A DNA stretch of 64,000 bases, from assembly GCF_009914755.1 (NCBI RefSeq), contig NC_060936.1, one strand, 5' to 3'. Origin of the DNA: the human T2T-CHM13v2.0 reference genome, Homo sapiens. A program made the position numbers and the translations under genes. Under the pieces are notes generated by a model that was given only the letters and a program-made list of their open reading frames with translations, searched no databases and was not told where the DNA came from. This document shows positions 1-14,400 of the stretch, piece after piece; position 1 is the first letter of the stretch, and every line of letters begins with the position of its first letter.

Positions 1-561
1 GTGCCAGCCCGTTAACACCCAGGGCTTTGGATGTGGAAAGCAAGTCTTACAGCCTCAGGGCTGCCTGCCCCCACTCCCTGGCCAGACTGTGGTGGAGATG
101 CGGGGAGGTAACAGGTGTGAAAGTGCTTTGTAAAACATAAAGGGTGGAACAGAGGATGGGGACTATTGTTATTATTCTAATAACACTAGGGCTTATCAAA
201 CAAATTTAAGGGATTACTGTTCACCCAGCCCTACTTGCATGCATGGCTTCCTCAGGTGGTTCACACACTGGCTGTAACCTGATCCACGGGAAGCCAAGTA
301 AACTCCCCGGCCGGCCCCCCATGGGTGCTCACTGCCTCCAACATCACCAGACTGTCTGCCCTGGCTTGGCCCCTCTTCTGTCCCCTGCAAATGCCTCCCT
401 CTAGGGCCTCCAGGCGCTGTTGCCCAGACTAGCTCTCCCGAATGTGGCCCTCCTCTTTCTCTCCTAGTCCGATTCCCCACCACATCCTTTGAAACCTTTC
501 TTTAGGAAGTATTGCCTGGAGGGAAGAGCATGGTGCGGGGTCTGAGAAAAGTTAGTGTCTT

Positions 562-672
562 CTGGTGGCCAGGCTCCCAGTTTGCCCAGGATTTAGGGGC
601 TCCTCAAGAAGTGGGGCTTTCAGTGCTGAAACTGGAAAAGTCCTAGGTAGCCTGGGGTAAGCTGACACTTTA
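562..672. mobile_element. MER81-like hAT DNA transposon remnant
   Basis: cccagtttgcccaggat...ctttcagtgctgaaactggaaaagtcctagg resembles the MER81 consensus. Confidence 0.6.
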
Positions 673-1431
673 GTCTTGATCAAGACCACATTGAGCCATT
701 ATCTTGCCGGGAAACCATGGACAAATCATTCCATTTCTCTGGAGTTCAGTTTTCTCATCTAGATCTCAGCCCTCCAGTTCCAAGCCTGGAGGTCATTTAT
801 TCATTCTACAATACTGGCTGTGTGCTACTCTGCACCACGCACTGCACTCTCCCTGCTGACCAGGCATCTGGGCAGCCGTGCTGCACATCACACACAGTAG
901 GTGCTCTATAAAGACCTGCGGAGAGGACGCGTGAATGAACCTGCCACACCCTCACTCAGGCTTGATCCCTATCCAAAGCCCCCAAAACCTCTGCTCACAG
1001 CTCTCTCCCCATCCCTTCCCCCATTTCAGCCCCCTCAGCCTGTCGCCCACAAGCCTCCGGAAATTTGACTAAGCTGCAACTCTGGCCACTTGAATTGAGC
1101 TGAACGTTCCAGCGAGGGAGGGGAGAGTCTGGTTACTGCTTCCATTGTCAATAAATGTTGACCTTGAATGCCTTTCCGAGAGGATGTCACCAGCACAAGC
1201 TTGCCCAACTGGGTGGGTCCTAAAACACGACTGCATTCGGGTGCGTGGGGCCCACCTGAGCAGGAGGCCTGTGTTGGGCAGCTCCAGGCAGGTGTCTGTC
1301 CGTGGTCATCTCTTGCCTCCTGGGCATCTGCTTCCGGCCACTCCCCACTTAGCCTCAGACCCCAAGGGGGACACACATCAGACTGTCCAGGTTCCCAGTT
1401 TGGCCCTATCACTTCCTAGGATGCTGTGTGA

Positions 1432-1787
<356 letters not shown>

Positions 1788-2397
1788 TCCCCATCTTAAT
1801 TTATTAACAGTAGAACCTATCTTATAGACTTAAGATGACAATTAAATGCTATGGAGAGCTGGCTGGGGGGAAGCAAGTGTTCAATAAATATTAGCTGTTA
1901 CTGTTATCCTAACCGTAATCATCATCATCAACATTCTCAGTTTCGTGAGAACAGCAAAGAACATGCTCAATCTAACAGTCTCTCTCTCAGGGTACCTGGA
2001 ATCTCCCTGGCTCCAAGAAGCCTTCCCTGATTGCCCCTAGGAGGGTAACTACTAACTTGGTCCACATGGCCAGGATACCCCCACTCTCTCGCCCCCGCAA
2101 GCACCGCTGCCCCTCCCCTGGAGGAAGGGATGCCTCTTCCCAGCTTTGCCTCTGTCTACAGCTTCCATCCTGCTGTTACAATCTTCCCTCCTGCCCAGGT
2201 CAGCCGGTCTGTCCTGGAAACCAGGTAGAATCCCCCAAATGAACAAACAAACAAACGCAGCACCGAGCCTAGCCCTACCCGCAGGTGCTCCCGAGGATCC
2301 AGGGAAGAGGGCTGTGAGGAAGATGGGAGGAGAAGGGGACTGGGGTGATGGTCAGGATGCTGGGAAGGAGGCTGCCAAGGAGCTAGACCACACTCAC

Positions 2398-2451
2398 CAA
2401 TGTAAATACACCCGCTCCCAGTGCTGCATAAACTGCATGGAGCCAGGGCAC
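2398..2451 (-). CDS. FAIM2: FAIM2 exon 11 ([18 protein letters not shown])
   Basis: ccgcag|GTGCCC ... ACATTG|gtgagt; 54 nt. Confidence 0.95.
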
Positions 2452-5400
2452 CTGCGGCAGAGGAAAAATGGGCTTAGGGACGACAAGAAGGGGCAGCAGT
2501 CAGAGGGGCAGGGAGGAGGGTTCAGTCCAGAGAATGGAGGACACGGGGTAGCCCTGCCCAGAGCTCCCTAAGGAGCCCCAGGACTGACAGTGGCCCCTGA
2601 TTCTCTGTGTGCCCAGGGTGGGTGAAGTGAGGCCCGGGATAAGAGCGATCCTGGTGGGACTGGTGGGAGAACTCCCCCGAGCCTGGTCGTTCTTCCCGCA
2701 GCACACAGCCCTGGGCTCAGGGCAGATGAAGATGACTCTCGGTGGGCCCTGTCCTCCCTCTAGCCTGGGACTGCTTGAGGCTGCTCCCGCCTCCCAGTGT
2801 GCGTTCATCCCTGTCCAGCATAGGATCTGTCTGTCCTTGTGTCAGGGCACTCCTGGGCTCTGCCTTGGAGGCAAGGAACTCAGGTAGAAGGGGACAAAGA
2901 CTTGACCTCAGGGGTGTGTTGGGGGGGCATCTGGAGTCTCTGCCAGCTGTGCATGGTGGAGGAACAGCTGGAACAGCACAGGCTGGAACAGCACCTCCCC
3001 ACTCTCTGCCCCCTGAGTCTTCCTCCAGGTCTGGAGCAGCCAGCTGTGGGGGAAACTCTGCAGGAGGCACCGCACTAGGGCCCTCCATGGGGCCCTCCTC
3101 CAGAAGACTCGGAAACAAAGGCAACCCATCAACCAGACCTGGGTCAATAAAGGGTTCTTTGAAGTTCCGTGGCCCCTTCCTGTAACACTCCTCCCCATCC
3201 TAGACACACAGAGGGCCCCCAGGCCAGCTCTGGCCCCTCCCTTTGTCAACAGGATCCTGGGAAGAGCCAAGGAAATGCCAGCACCAATCCTGACGTCCTG
3301 GACTGGACGCCAAGTGCCCGGAGGCTGGGGCTGGGCAGGATGGAGGTGGGGAGGGGGATGTGAGGACAACTGCTCGCAGCCCTACTAGAAAAGGGCAGTG
3401 GGGGACTGTGTACCATGTGTGGCTATGGGGGTGAGGGGTATAAGCACTGGGCCCCCAGCAGCGGTCCAACAGCTCATCTCTTGGGTTCCCAGGATTCAGA
3501 TCTCAAGGCCTTCCTGTGATGACCCCAATCTGCCCCTTCTCCACATGCAGGGGCCTGGGTGCCTGCAGAGTCTCAGTTGGATTCCCCAGGGCAGGCTGGA
3601 CACCTCTAAAAGAGCTGAGACTTGGCCGCCAGCTGGTGGATGCTCTAAGGATGTGGGTATACTCCGAGCCCCGCTGCCCCACGTCCCGCCTGCCTGGCCA
3701 GCTAGATTCTGCCTCTTTGGACTTGGCTGATCCCCCAGGAGCCCCAGAAGACCCTTCTTCAAGGCCCCTCTGGGTCTGGCGGGCCTCATGGAGCCCCAGT
3801 ACTCCCTTCCCTGCCCAGGGTTTAAATGCTCCACACCCTACCCTCAATCTCACCTCCACCCCACAGAGGAGGACGGGAAAAGTGAAGCCGGATGTGGCTT
3901 GTGGAGCCAGGCAGGTACCCAGGCCTGACAAGAAAAGCCTCCTTGTTTGCTTACACTGCCAGCACGCCTGTGGCAGGTGCCAGGAGGGGCCGCACAGGAT
4001 GGCAGGCTGTGGGGCCTTGGCTCCTGGCCTTCCCTGGCGGATAGGGGAGGGAACGGCACCTTGGGCCAGTGGGGCCCCTCCCTCCCCATGGGGCCTGCTG
4101 GGGGACCCAGAGACTCACATATTGGAAGGGTAGGAGGATGGCCAGGATGAGTCCGCTGAAGAAAAGAGTCATGAGAAGCACGAAGAGCACGCCCTGGCAG
4201 GAGGTGAAGTCGAACTGTGGGGACAGGATGGGGTTAGCTGCAGGAGCGGCCTGACCTTCCTGGGGCCCCAACTACAGGCTGAGCCCATACAGCAGGCCAC
4301 AGTCTTGTGCTTACCCCAAGAACCTGGCATTCCTTCCCCTCCTCCCCCTCATCAGGTGGCTTCCCCAAACCCAACTCACCCCCTTTACTTCTCTCCCCAG
4401 CCCCAGGTCCGAGCTCTGAGGCCCCCACCCCATCTGCCTTCCCCTGCTCAGCCTCAGGCCAGGGGTCCCTGCCTGCAGGCCCCAGAGCTGACCTTGGTCT
4501 GGAAGCTGAAGACGGTGACTGAGAGGCAGACAAGGGCCGTGATGCCCAGGCACAGCAGCACGGAGGTGGTGTTGTAGTAGCTGAGGACCGTCAGGCCGAG
4601 GGGTCAGCTCTCAGGCAGGGCATCTGGTCTCCCCCACCCTCCTAGCAGGCCCCTCTCTTCTGCCAGGACCTGGTCTTGGGATCCCTGGCCCCAGTCTGGT
4701 GCCCTTTCCCCAGATCCCTCTGTCTGCCTCCCCAGCCTTTCTGTTGGGCCCTGCCCCTCCCAACAGGCTTAGACTCAAAATCAAATTAGAAGGATCTTGA
4801 TGAGGTGGGAGTGGGAGTGGGGAGGGGTTTGTGCCGGGCCTGGAGGTGGTTTACAAGTAACTGCAGGTCATGAGTCTTGGGGCTTGTAAGCTACTGTTTG
4901 GGAGGAGCCACCTTGCTCCCCACCCCCTATCCACCGGGCCAGGTCTTGGGGTCACTGTCCAGCTGAGTGCTCAAGCAGAGGACCCTAGGCCAAAGCCTCC
5001 TGCATGCCTGAGCCCCCGGGCCCATCCACATGCTCCCATGTGTGTGGGGCAGCTCCCCTCGGGTGTGGCTGGTGCCTGGCTCCAAGCCTGGCCTATGGTC
5101 CTTCTCTCCTTCCACCTGTTCCCTTTACCTGGACAGCATCCCAGTGAGGTAGGCCATGGACAGGGTCTGAAAGGAGAAGCAGGGTAAAGGAATGTTCCAA
5201 ACTCAGACGCAGGGGCCCAGGCACCCTCGAGGTCCAGCTCAGGTCTCCACCCCTTGCAGGTACCCCTCAACTCTTTGTCTATGTCACCCCCACACACACT
5301 GACTTTCGGGAGTCAGGCCTGGCTAAGGAGTGTCCCTACTGCCAGCTTCAGGCTCTGTGCCAGCTGTCCCTTCCTTTCTTCTGCGGCCCTGCTCCCCACT

Positions 5401-8400
5401 TCTAAGACCCTCCACTCTTCTTCATTACCATAGCTCTAGGATGCCTCAAGCAAACCCCTTAAAAAATTCACAATGAAAAAAGACAGTGGATGGGGAACGG
5501 GCAAGATTAAGCCCATTTGGAAAGAGAAGATGGAATGTGTTTGTGGAAGAAGTGGGGTGAAAACACCCCTGCCCCGCCAGGGACCTCACATTGGACATCC
5601 CCAGCCCAGTCTTCCTGGTCCTCAATCCACCCTGCTTCCCTTCTTCCTCCATCCCCACTCAGCGTCTGTCCTCAGCACACCCAGGATCACTTACAAAGAC
5701 GGTCAGGAGAATCAGGTTCCAGGGGAAATGCCTCCTGCAAGGCAAGCCACAGAGTTCAGGGGATCGTAGGGGGTGGGGGCAGTGGACCCAGGCTGTGACA
5801 CTGTTGCAGGGAGGGGGTCTCTGACCAACCCCCTCCACACTCCTCAGAGCCTCTTCCTTCAGCCACATCCCCATTTGCTCCCTTCTCCATTCCCCTTCTC
5901 CCTACCTCAGAGGCACCAGGTAAAGGAGGGAGGGGCTGCCTGCTCGATAGAGGCCCAGAGAGGGATGGGGCCCTCTCAGGGCTGCACAGCTCACTGGTGG
6001 CTGGCAGGGCTGGGGCCAGAATTTTCATGATCCTGCTCATATTCCCACAAGTTCCTCCTCAAGCCATTAGCATACCTGGGTCCAGAACAGCAAGCCAGGG
6101 TCAGGTAGGTTGCAAAGAACACAGCACTGTGAGAGACAGATGGATAGGTGAGTCAGCCAGCCTCTCCTGGGTCCCTCCCCCAAGATCCCCTGCTTATGCC
6201 ACTCTCTGCCACCCCCACCCACAGGGCAGCCAGGAGGGACAGGATGGGGAGGCCACGGTCATCCTAGAACCTGGCAGTGGGCAGGGTGGTGGTCCAGTTC
6301 CAAAAGAGAGCAAAAGGATGGGACGAGCCTGCTTCTAGAAACAGGGAATCTTGGGTCACATGAGACAGCTGTTCCTGACCACCCAATACAAAGTGGCCTC
6401 CCCAGACACTATCTTGCTATTTTAAAAGCCCATATATAGCATTTTCCATGTGCTAGGCAGTTTTAAGTGTTTTACGAGTATCAACGAATGTAATCCTCAT
6501 ATCTTTACTTTACTGCTGAGGCACGGGGAGGTCAGGCGACTTGTCCAAGGCCATCCAGCTACCACGCTGCAGAAGCAGGATGAGAACCCAGGCACTCTGG
6601 CTCCAGAGTCCCTGCTCATAACCACTGCCCCACACTGCCCCACACAGGCCCTTCTCAACCCTTATCATTACCTGGAGTGATCTTGTTAGTTACTTTACTG
6701 TTGGTCTAGCCTATTAAATTGTAAACTCAGCAAGGGTAGGGCCCTCTTCTGTCCTGCCAGCACCTGGAACAAGCAGGAAGTGGCACCTGTCGGGTGAATT
6801 TTTATATCAGGTGGCCACGTCCAGTGGGAGGCTGGCAGGCAGCTTGAGGGCAATCCAGAGATAGCGATGGAGGATTGAGGATTTTCTGAGTAGCGGAGGC
6901 AGAGACCAGTCCAGGAGGTGGGAGATGATGGCTGGGGACCCAAGGGTGGAGCTCGCCCATGCCTACCTAGGTTAGCGGTGCCACCAATGCATAGTTTCCA
7001 ACCCCCAATGGGCCTTCAACATGGCACTGCCATCCTTTCCCCATCTCCTTCCTCGGTTCTCTCACCCATCACCCACAATTTCAAGCTTCCTCCTCCATCC
7101 ACAAACCTCCCAGGCCCCCTCACTCTTCCCGCACAGTCTGCCTCCGGTGCTCCAGAAAGACTGGAAATGAGGTGAGCTCCCTTGGATCCCTGCCTGCCAC
7201 CTGCAAATATCATGTGGTGCTACTTGCCCTCCTGTCCCTCCTCCCGTCCCAGGCCAATCCTCCCACCCCCTTAATTGCCCGGGGATCTCCATTACTTAAA
7301 CCTTTCCACTGGTACCTCTCCTCCCACACAAGCCTCCTCAGCTGTTTTCCGTCTTTAACCAACACCTTCCCTGGCTCCAGCTACTGCCACTTCATCCTCT
7401 CTTGCAGCCACGCTTCTTGAAAAAGTGGTCTCCATTCACCATGCCCCCTCCTCCATCTTCCGAGCCCAACAAACACAGTCTCAGCACTACTCAATAGGAG
7501 CTGGCTCTGCCACATCACAGGACCTTATTGAGTGCAGTGGATGCTTGTCAGTCCTTATCTTGCCTGGCTTCTCAACATCTGGTCACTATCATTGTTTCCC
7601 TGGTTCCACATGACCCCTGGGTCCCTCCTACCTCCCTCACCACTCCTCGGTCCCTCCAGGGTCTCTCTCAGTCTGCCTGGTTCCCTCGATGTGGGGTCCT
7701 CTCCAGCTCTTCCCCCACGTTCTCCCTAGGTGGGCTCACTCATCCACCTGACTTGCTCACCCATATTTCTGATCTATATTTTCCTTTTCAACCCTAGACT
7801 CGAATTTCCAACTGCCTACTGGGCAGACATGACTATTCAGACACAAGTAATGTTCAACAGGTTAGAGGGGAGCTCCCTGTCTCCCCTGCTCGGTCTCCTG
7901 CATTCCCTCCTGCAGAGGATGTCATGCATCCTCCAAGTCACCCAATCAGAGACCTCAGCATCATCCTTAACTCTCACTCTGCTACACCCAATTAACCACC
8001 TGGACTTGTTGATCTTCCTACCCAGGCAGTTATCAAAGCTGCCCTCTTCCCTCCACCCCACTACCACCCTTTGAGGTCAGGGCACCTCTCTCTCTCTCTG
8101 GCTTGGACTGTTGCAGGAGCCCACCTGCCTTCCACCCTCCATGCTGCAGGCAGATCCAATCATTTGACTTCCCTGTATAAAATTCCCAAAGACCTGGCAA
8201 TGCCCTGGCTGAGCAATCAGACAATGCATTCCCACCCACCCCTCTAGCCCTTCTCTCACTGCACTCTGCCCCTCCACTACACCCCTCTCATCACAACCTG
8301 CTGTGCTCCCTGGAAACGTGCCTGCCACACTCTGCTCCTGCTGGAAAGGACTGACCGGCAAGGACACCTGAGGCCTGGGTTAGAGGGGGGCATCTTCTGT

Positions 8401-11400
8401 GCACTGCAGGCATACCTCAACCAAAGCCTGAGCCCCCGCACCCTTCTGGCCAGCTCCTCTGACTTCCCACCCAGGTATAGCATCTGGGGGCCAGCCTGCA
8501 ACTTATCAGTTTTCTATTCCCACCATCTGACCCGGAGCTTGGTGCCTGGTAGGTGCTCTTCAAATATTTCTGGATGAAATGCAAAACAAAACAAAACAAA
8601 AGACCCAAAAAAACGAAACAAGAGATGCAGGAGTTGAGACAAGCATATTGGATTTGGTGAGTAGGACCCCTTCAACTTAACCCTTTCCTGGTCTTCAGTG
8701 ATTTTCAAATAATGAGGAACTGTTGTCACAGTGACTGGAGGGCTCTTCTGGTAGTTGGTGCCAGGGGCTGCTGAACATCCTGCTCCGTGAGGGACAGCAG
8801 AGCCATCCTGCCCGATTTAGGAAACACTCGGAACCTGCCCTCTTTCAGTCTCACTTGAGTCATTGGTCAGCCACCTCAGCAATAATGCTAATAATAATAC
8901 CCTTGTCCATGTGGGTGTGGGTTCTATCTCGCCAGCCAGAGTGGAAGCTTCCTGAGGGCAAGAGCCCAGTCTCCTTTTCTCTCTGGTTCATAGCTCTTCA
9001 ACTTTCAAGACAAGGGGTCTGGAGGAAGGGCAGAGGGGCCAAAGACCCTGAGATTGTGGTACAGCTTGGGAGGCTGACACCCCGCATTCACATCCCAGCT
9101 CTGCCACTACTGTTGTGTGACCTTGGACAATAGCCAAGACCCAGTTTCCACTTTAGCGAAACAAAAATACTGGTACCAACTCACTGGCCTGTTGGGAGGA
9201 CTGATGAGACAGCACAGTTCAAGCACTTTGCGTGGGCCTGGCACAGGGGTGGGACTCCCCACTAGAGTTATGATAATTAGAAGCTGGCTGATGGACAGCT
9301 TCCTGGAAAGTCTCTGACCCACCTCCACCCAGCTCTGGTCTCACACTTTTCCTCCTCTGCCTGGGTTTCTCCTGGCCCACCAGCCCTCCACCACCGCAGA
9401 CACGGTGGCTCAGTGGGCACAATCAGACAATAAGGTGAGAACCAATGGAGGGAGGCGATGAGGGCCTTGAGAAAGCTGGGCTGTGGGTGGGGGAGGGGGA
9501 GGCTGGCAGCCCAGGGGGCAGGGAATGAGTCACTTAAGAAGTCAGAGAGAGAGAGAACCAATGATTTATGCATCAGAGCCCCAGCCCCAGGGCCTGGGCA
9601 GGAACCACAGTCTGTTTACAGAATGTCAGGACAGGGAAGTAAGGCTCAGGTGCAGGCCAGCATCCAAACACAATGCCTTTCCCCAGCTTGTCCTGCTCTA
9701 AGACAAAGGAGGAAGCAGAGCACAGAGGGCAAATACATGGGTTTCACCATCAGAAAGACCTGGATTTCTACCCTGGTTATGCTGCTCTGAGCCTCACTTT
9801 CCTCAACTGTTAAATGAGGATAACAGTAGTGTCTGCCTGGCAGGGCTATTGAAAGATCAAGTGAAAAACACATGTGAAGTGCTTAGCACGGTGCCCTCCA
9901 TACAGAAAAAGAGCTGTCTGCTTCTCAATGCTCCTATTGTTATTCCAAAAGGAAGAGACCCGGATGGAGTCCTCAGGGAGCACATGATGTGTTGCAGGAG
10001 GTGAGACCTACCAGGACTCAGACACGAGGCCAACTTAGGGGGCAGGACGGAGAGAGCTGAGGGGTGTGGAGCGGGCAGGGCAGGGCAGGCAGGACCCCAG
10101 GCAGGTTTTCTGGAGGAAAAGGGCAGCATCCCAGCAGTGAAACTCCCAAGCACCTTTCACACTTTGGAACACCCTATGAAAAGCGCCCAGTCCACGCCCA
10201 CCTCCCACTTCTGCCAGCACCCACCCTGGTAGAAGCCAGAGAGAGCATCTCTGTTTTCTGCCCAGAGATGTTGAAGAGGAGGGACTCCAGATCTCACCAT
10301 TCAGAGGTCAGATTCTCACACTGCACCCTCCCAATCCCCCCATCCCCCCCAATGGAGTGGACTCTGCCTCCACCTCCCGGGCCTACTCACTCCTGGGCTG
10401 TCTCCCTGCCACCACCTGCTCAGAGCATAGAGTCCCACAGACCCTCCTCCAGAAGGCTCAGAGAGGGGCCTAAGAATCCCTTCCCAAGTTCTCAGGAGCT
10501 CAAAGCTGCCAGGCCATGCTGATGTGCCAGAAGCCATGCCAACCTGCCACATGGGCTGGCCCAGGTGGTAGTCTCTGGGGCCTCATTAGCTTTACCGTAC
10601 AGTGCCTCCCAGTTCCCCAAGACACATGCCTCCCTGCCTGCCTGCAGACAGGCCCTCTGTCCTCTGCTCTAGGAAAGACTTTGGAACCCCCAGAGGCCAG
10701 GCTAGGGTCCTTACCATCAGCCTCTGGTGGGCCTCTGTGAACTCTAGGCCCATCTCTGAGGCTACTCTGGGCTCGACGTGGTCCAGGGGGCTCTGGGCTG
10801 AGCCCACCTCCCCACCAGAGCCCTATCCAGGAACAGACTTGGGACAGCCGCAGTGTGTAAGCTCCTTGGCCAGGCAGTCAGAACCTTGACCCCACGAGGC
10901 CCCACTGCTCTCCAAGATGCCTTGGAATTCCCCTGCATGGAGCCTTCCAGCTCTCTGCCAGAGAAGTCCCAGTTTACCAAATGTACCACGTGCATTCTCG
11001 CCCCACGCTTTTGCTTAAGCCACTTGTCTCCTGGGAACGCTGTCTCCTGTCTTCATGGCCCATCCTTTGGGGGGCGCCCCTGATGTGGGCTGCGTGTACA
11101 GGCTCACTCCTTCCTTCCTCCCCTCTCCGAATGCTGCATCTGTTCATGCTACCTTGGGCCACCCAATAACTTTCCCTGCAGAGGCCTCCTCTCCCGCAGC
11201 CCCCGTACAGGGCTGGGCTCACAGTGAGCGCGAGAGCAGTTCTGCTCTGAGTCCCAGGATGGTTCTGGTCTGGAGATATCCAGGGTGACTCCTTAATTAC
11301 CCAGAAAGGAGGATCAGAATCACCTACACATTCAAACCTCCTCTCCCAAGTTACTGGCCGGGTTCCTCAAAGAATATAGGACAAGCAGGAGCCGAGTGGC

Positions 11401-14400
11401 TCGAGGGCTGCAGGGAGCCTGCCAAGTAGATGGATTAAGAGCACAAGCCTTAACCTGAATTCTGGGTTTGAATCCCAGTTCTACCGCTGACTAGCTGTGT
11501 GACCTTGGGCAAATTCCTCATTTCTCTGAACCTTAATTTTCTGAAGTAGTCATACCCAGTAGATGTGAGGACCGAATGCAATACTGTACATCAAGCACAC
11601 AGAACAATACCCAGCCCTTATTAAGCACTCTTTAAGTGGTAGCTATTATGATTAATATTTCATAAGCATTACTAACAACATTAATAAGAGCAGCAACATT
11701 ATCATTAGTGTGGGCCAAAGTGTTCCAGCCCCACTTCCTCTTAGGACCGAGGTCTGGGTCTCTCCGGCTATAGCCCTGGCCCAACCCTTCCCAATTTGCG
11801 CAGGCAGCAGAACCTACCCCCGTCTCCTTTGTGCCCCATCAGATGTAATGCCCCAGAAAGGTGCTTCTGGCCATGCTCTGAAGCCGACAGAATGGGGCAG
11901 GGTTGGAGGGGATCTGTGAGGACAGTCCCTGTGGGGCTGGGGGAAGCTACGGGCTCGGATTAGGTCAAGAAAGACACAGAGATTCCCTCTTCTGGCCACT
12001 AAGCCTTCTCTGGAAGGGGACTGGGGACTGAGATATACTCACTAGGATGCCCAGTACCAGCCTGGGTTGGCCTGGACATAGTCCTTGACAGGGTCACTGC
12101 AGAGAAGAGAGAGTGGGAGAGAGAGTCAGAATGTACCCTAGGTCTCCATTTCTGGTTCAGCATCTGCATCTGTCCCACACAGTTCACAGAACTTGAGAGG
12201 AAGCCAAAGGAATGCAGCCCCTGGAGGCTCGGGGAGTCCCAGCCCACAGTCCCCGGCTGGGACCTGCAGGTGCCTGGGCAAGCAGCTAGTGGTTCGGATC
12301 AGAAGGACTGCCACACAGACACCCAGAAGGCACCCAGGGTCCACCCCACACTGGACAGAGGGCCCCTTGCCTGGTGCCCTCTCTAAGGTTCTTTCCCAGC
12401 AGGAGGAGGCCCACTGCCCCACAGGCATCTCTCCAGGCAGCATTCCAGCAGGAGTCTGGTCATGGGTTCCCCGGCTCCAGGCCTGGCCATAGTCATCCCT
12501 GGAAGGTGCTGGTCCATGCTGCCAACTCACCAGAAAGTAAAGAGAGCCACGACAGCCAAGGTCACCAGCAGCTGAATCAGCAGGATGGTGTAGACCTGGG
12601 GGTGGGAGGGGTTCTACTCAGCTTGGGGGGCCCTGTTAGGGACCTGTCAGCCCCGCAGTGACTCAGTCACCTCTCCAGGTCCCCATCCTGTGCACTCCAC
12701 CCTCCTTTTTGGGGGTCATTGGAGTGAACCCAGGGCAAGGCGAAAGGAAAGCAAAGATGCTGCAGAGCCAAGCGCACCCCCCCCCAGCATTGGGAGAAAA
12801 GAGGGGACAGTGTGTTTAGGTGTAGCACAGGGCACTGGAGTGACACCTAAGGAAGCAATTCCTAGTGGGTGCTGTCAGCTGGGATCACAAGAGAAGGGGG
12901 CAGGGATGGCTTCTGCAGGCAGAGGGTTGGGCCAGGGACCTCTCCAGGGGCTCCCCCACTGAGGCTCCCAGTCCCAGAGGGCTACAGAGGGGCATTACCT
13001 TTCTGACAAAGACTCGACGAACTTTCTGGTCATCCCAGCTGAAAGTGGTGAAGAGCTCATGGTCTCCGGTGGGGAAACCGTTGTCATAGCTGGAGCTGCT
13101 GCCTGTGTGGCACGTGGAGGAGGAGGACATGAGGGTTCCCCCTACATAGAATTACTGTCCCCAACAGCCCCCAACTCAAAGCTGCCTTTTTGTCAACCTG
13201 GCTCTCTGGACCCTGAAGTCTTTCTCTCCTGCCCCATTATCAAACACCCAGCCCGGCTCCACCCCAATCCCCAGATCTCTCTCCCTGGTCAATTCTCACT
13301 TTTCCTGCTCTGAGTCCTGGGAAGAAGCTGTCATCCCCTACCTCTCCCTCCACCCCGGCTGGGGCTCCCTGGGGACCAAGCTCTGCCATACGAATGTGAA
13401 TCTCCCATCTTCTTCCCCCCACCATCCTCCTTGGACATTCTGGCTCCCTTGTGGTCAAGGATCACAGAGGGCCAGCCACTCTCTCTGGGCCACCCAGCAG
13501 CAAAGATCCTGACCCTTGCTCATTCTTTTTGTTTTTGTTTTGTTTTGTTTTTTTGAGACAGGGTCTCACTCCTGTCACTCAGGCTAGAGTGCAGTGGCAT
13601 GATCATGGCTCACGGCAGCCTCGACTTCCCCTGGCTCAGGCGATCCTCCCACCTCAACCTCCCGAGTAGCTGGGACTACAGGTGCACACCATCACGCCTG
13701 GCTAATTTTTTATATTTTTAGTAGGGATGGGGTTTCACCATGTTGCCCAGGCTGGTCTTGAACTCCTGAGCCCAAGCAATCCACCTGCCTTGGCCTCCAA
13801 AAGTGCTGGGATTACAGGTATGAGCCACTGTGCCCAGCTCTGACTCTGGCTTGTGCTGAGGCTCTTGGGCTGGGAGCTGGGGACTGGTTGGCTGTGGTGG
13901 ACCGCTGGTACTCCAGCTGGAAACCAGGGCTTCAGGGGGTGGGGGGCTGGAGGGGAAATAAAGCCAGGACAAGGGCAAGAAGTGGGGGTGAGGATGACAG
14001 TTCCAGGCCTAGTCCCAGAACTGAGGCTTTTGGAAGAGCATGAACTCCACAGTCAAACAGACGCAGGGGTGGATCCCTCCCCTAGAACTTACTAGATGTG
14101 TGACCCTGATAAAGTTACTGGCCTTCCCTGAGCCTCTTCTGATACTGGTTAGTGATACCCACCTCCTGGGCCTATAAACATGAAAGCCTCCAGGTCTGCG
14201 AAATGAAAGCCTATGCTCTCTGGTGGGAACTACACAGCCTCACCCTCTCCCATGTGCCCCTCATCGTGGCCATTTCCAAGTCCTCCAGTGTGTTCATTTT
14301 GTCCCTCCACTGTCCCCACTAGGTTTCCATGATCTTATTTGCCCCCAGCAGTAGCCTCTGTCTTGGTCTTTCAAAGCTGACCATGGTATTGCCCTGCTTT

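Noticed and set aside
3516-4133. 205-aa ORF antisense in FAIM2 intron 10
   Set aside because: P/G/A-rich, with no domain or promoter evidence.
5732-5737. NAGNAG (CAG GAG) at the exon 7 acceptor
   Set aside because: A distal GAG is rarely used, and the effect would be loss of one Arg.
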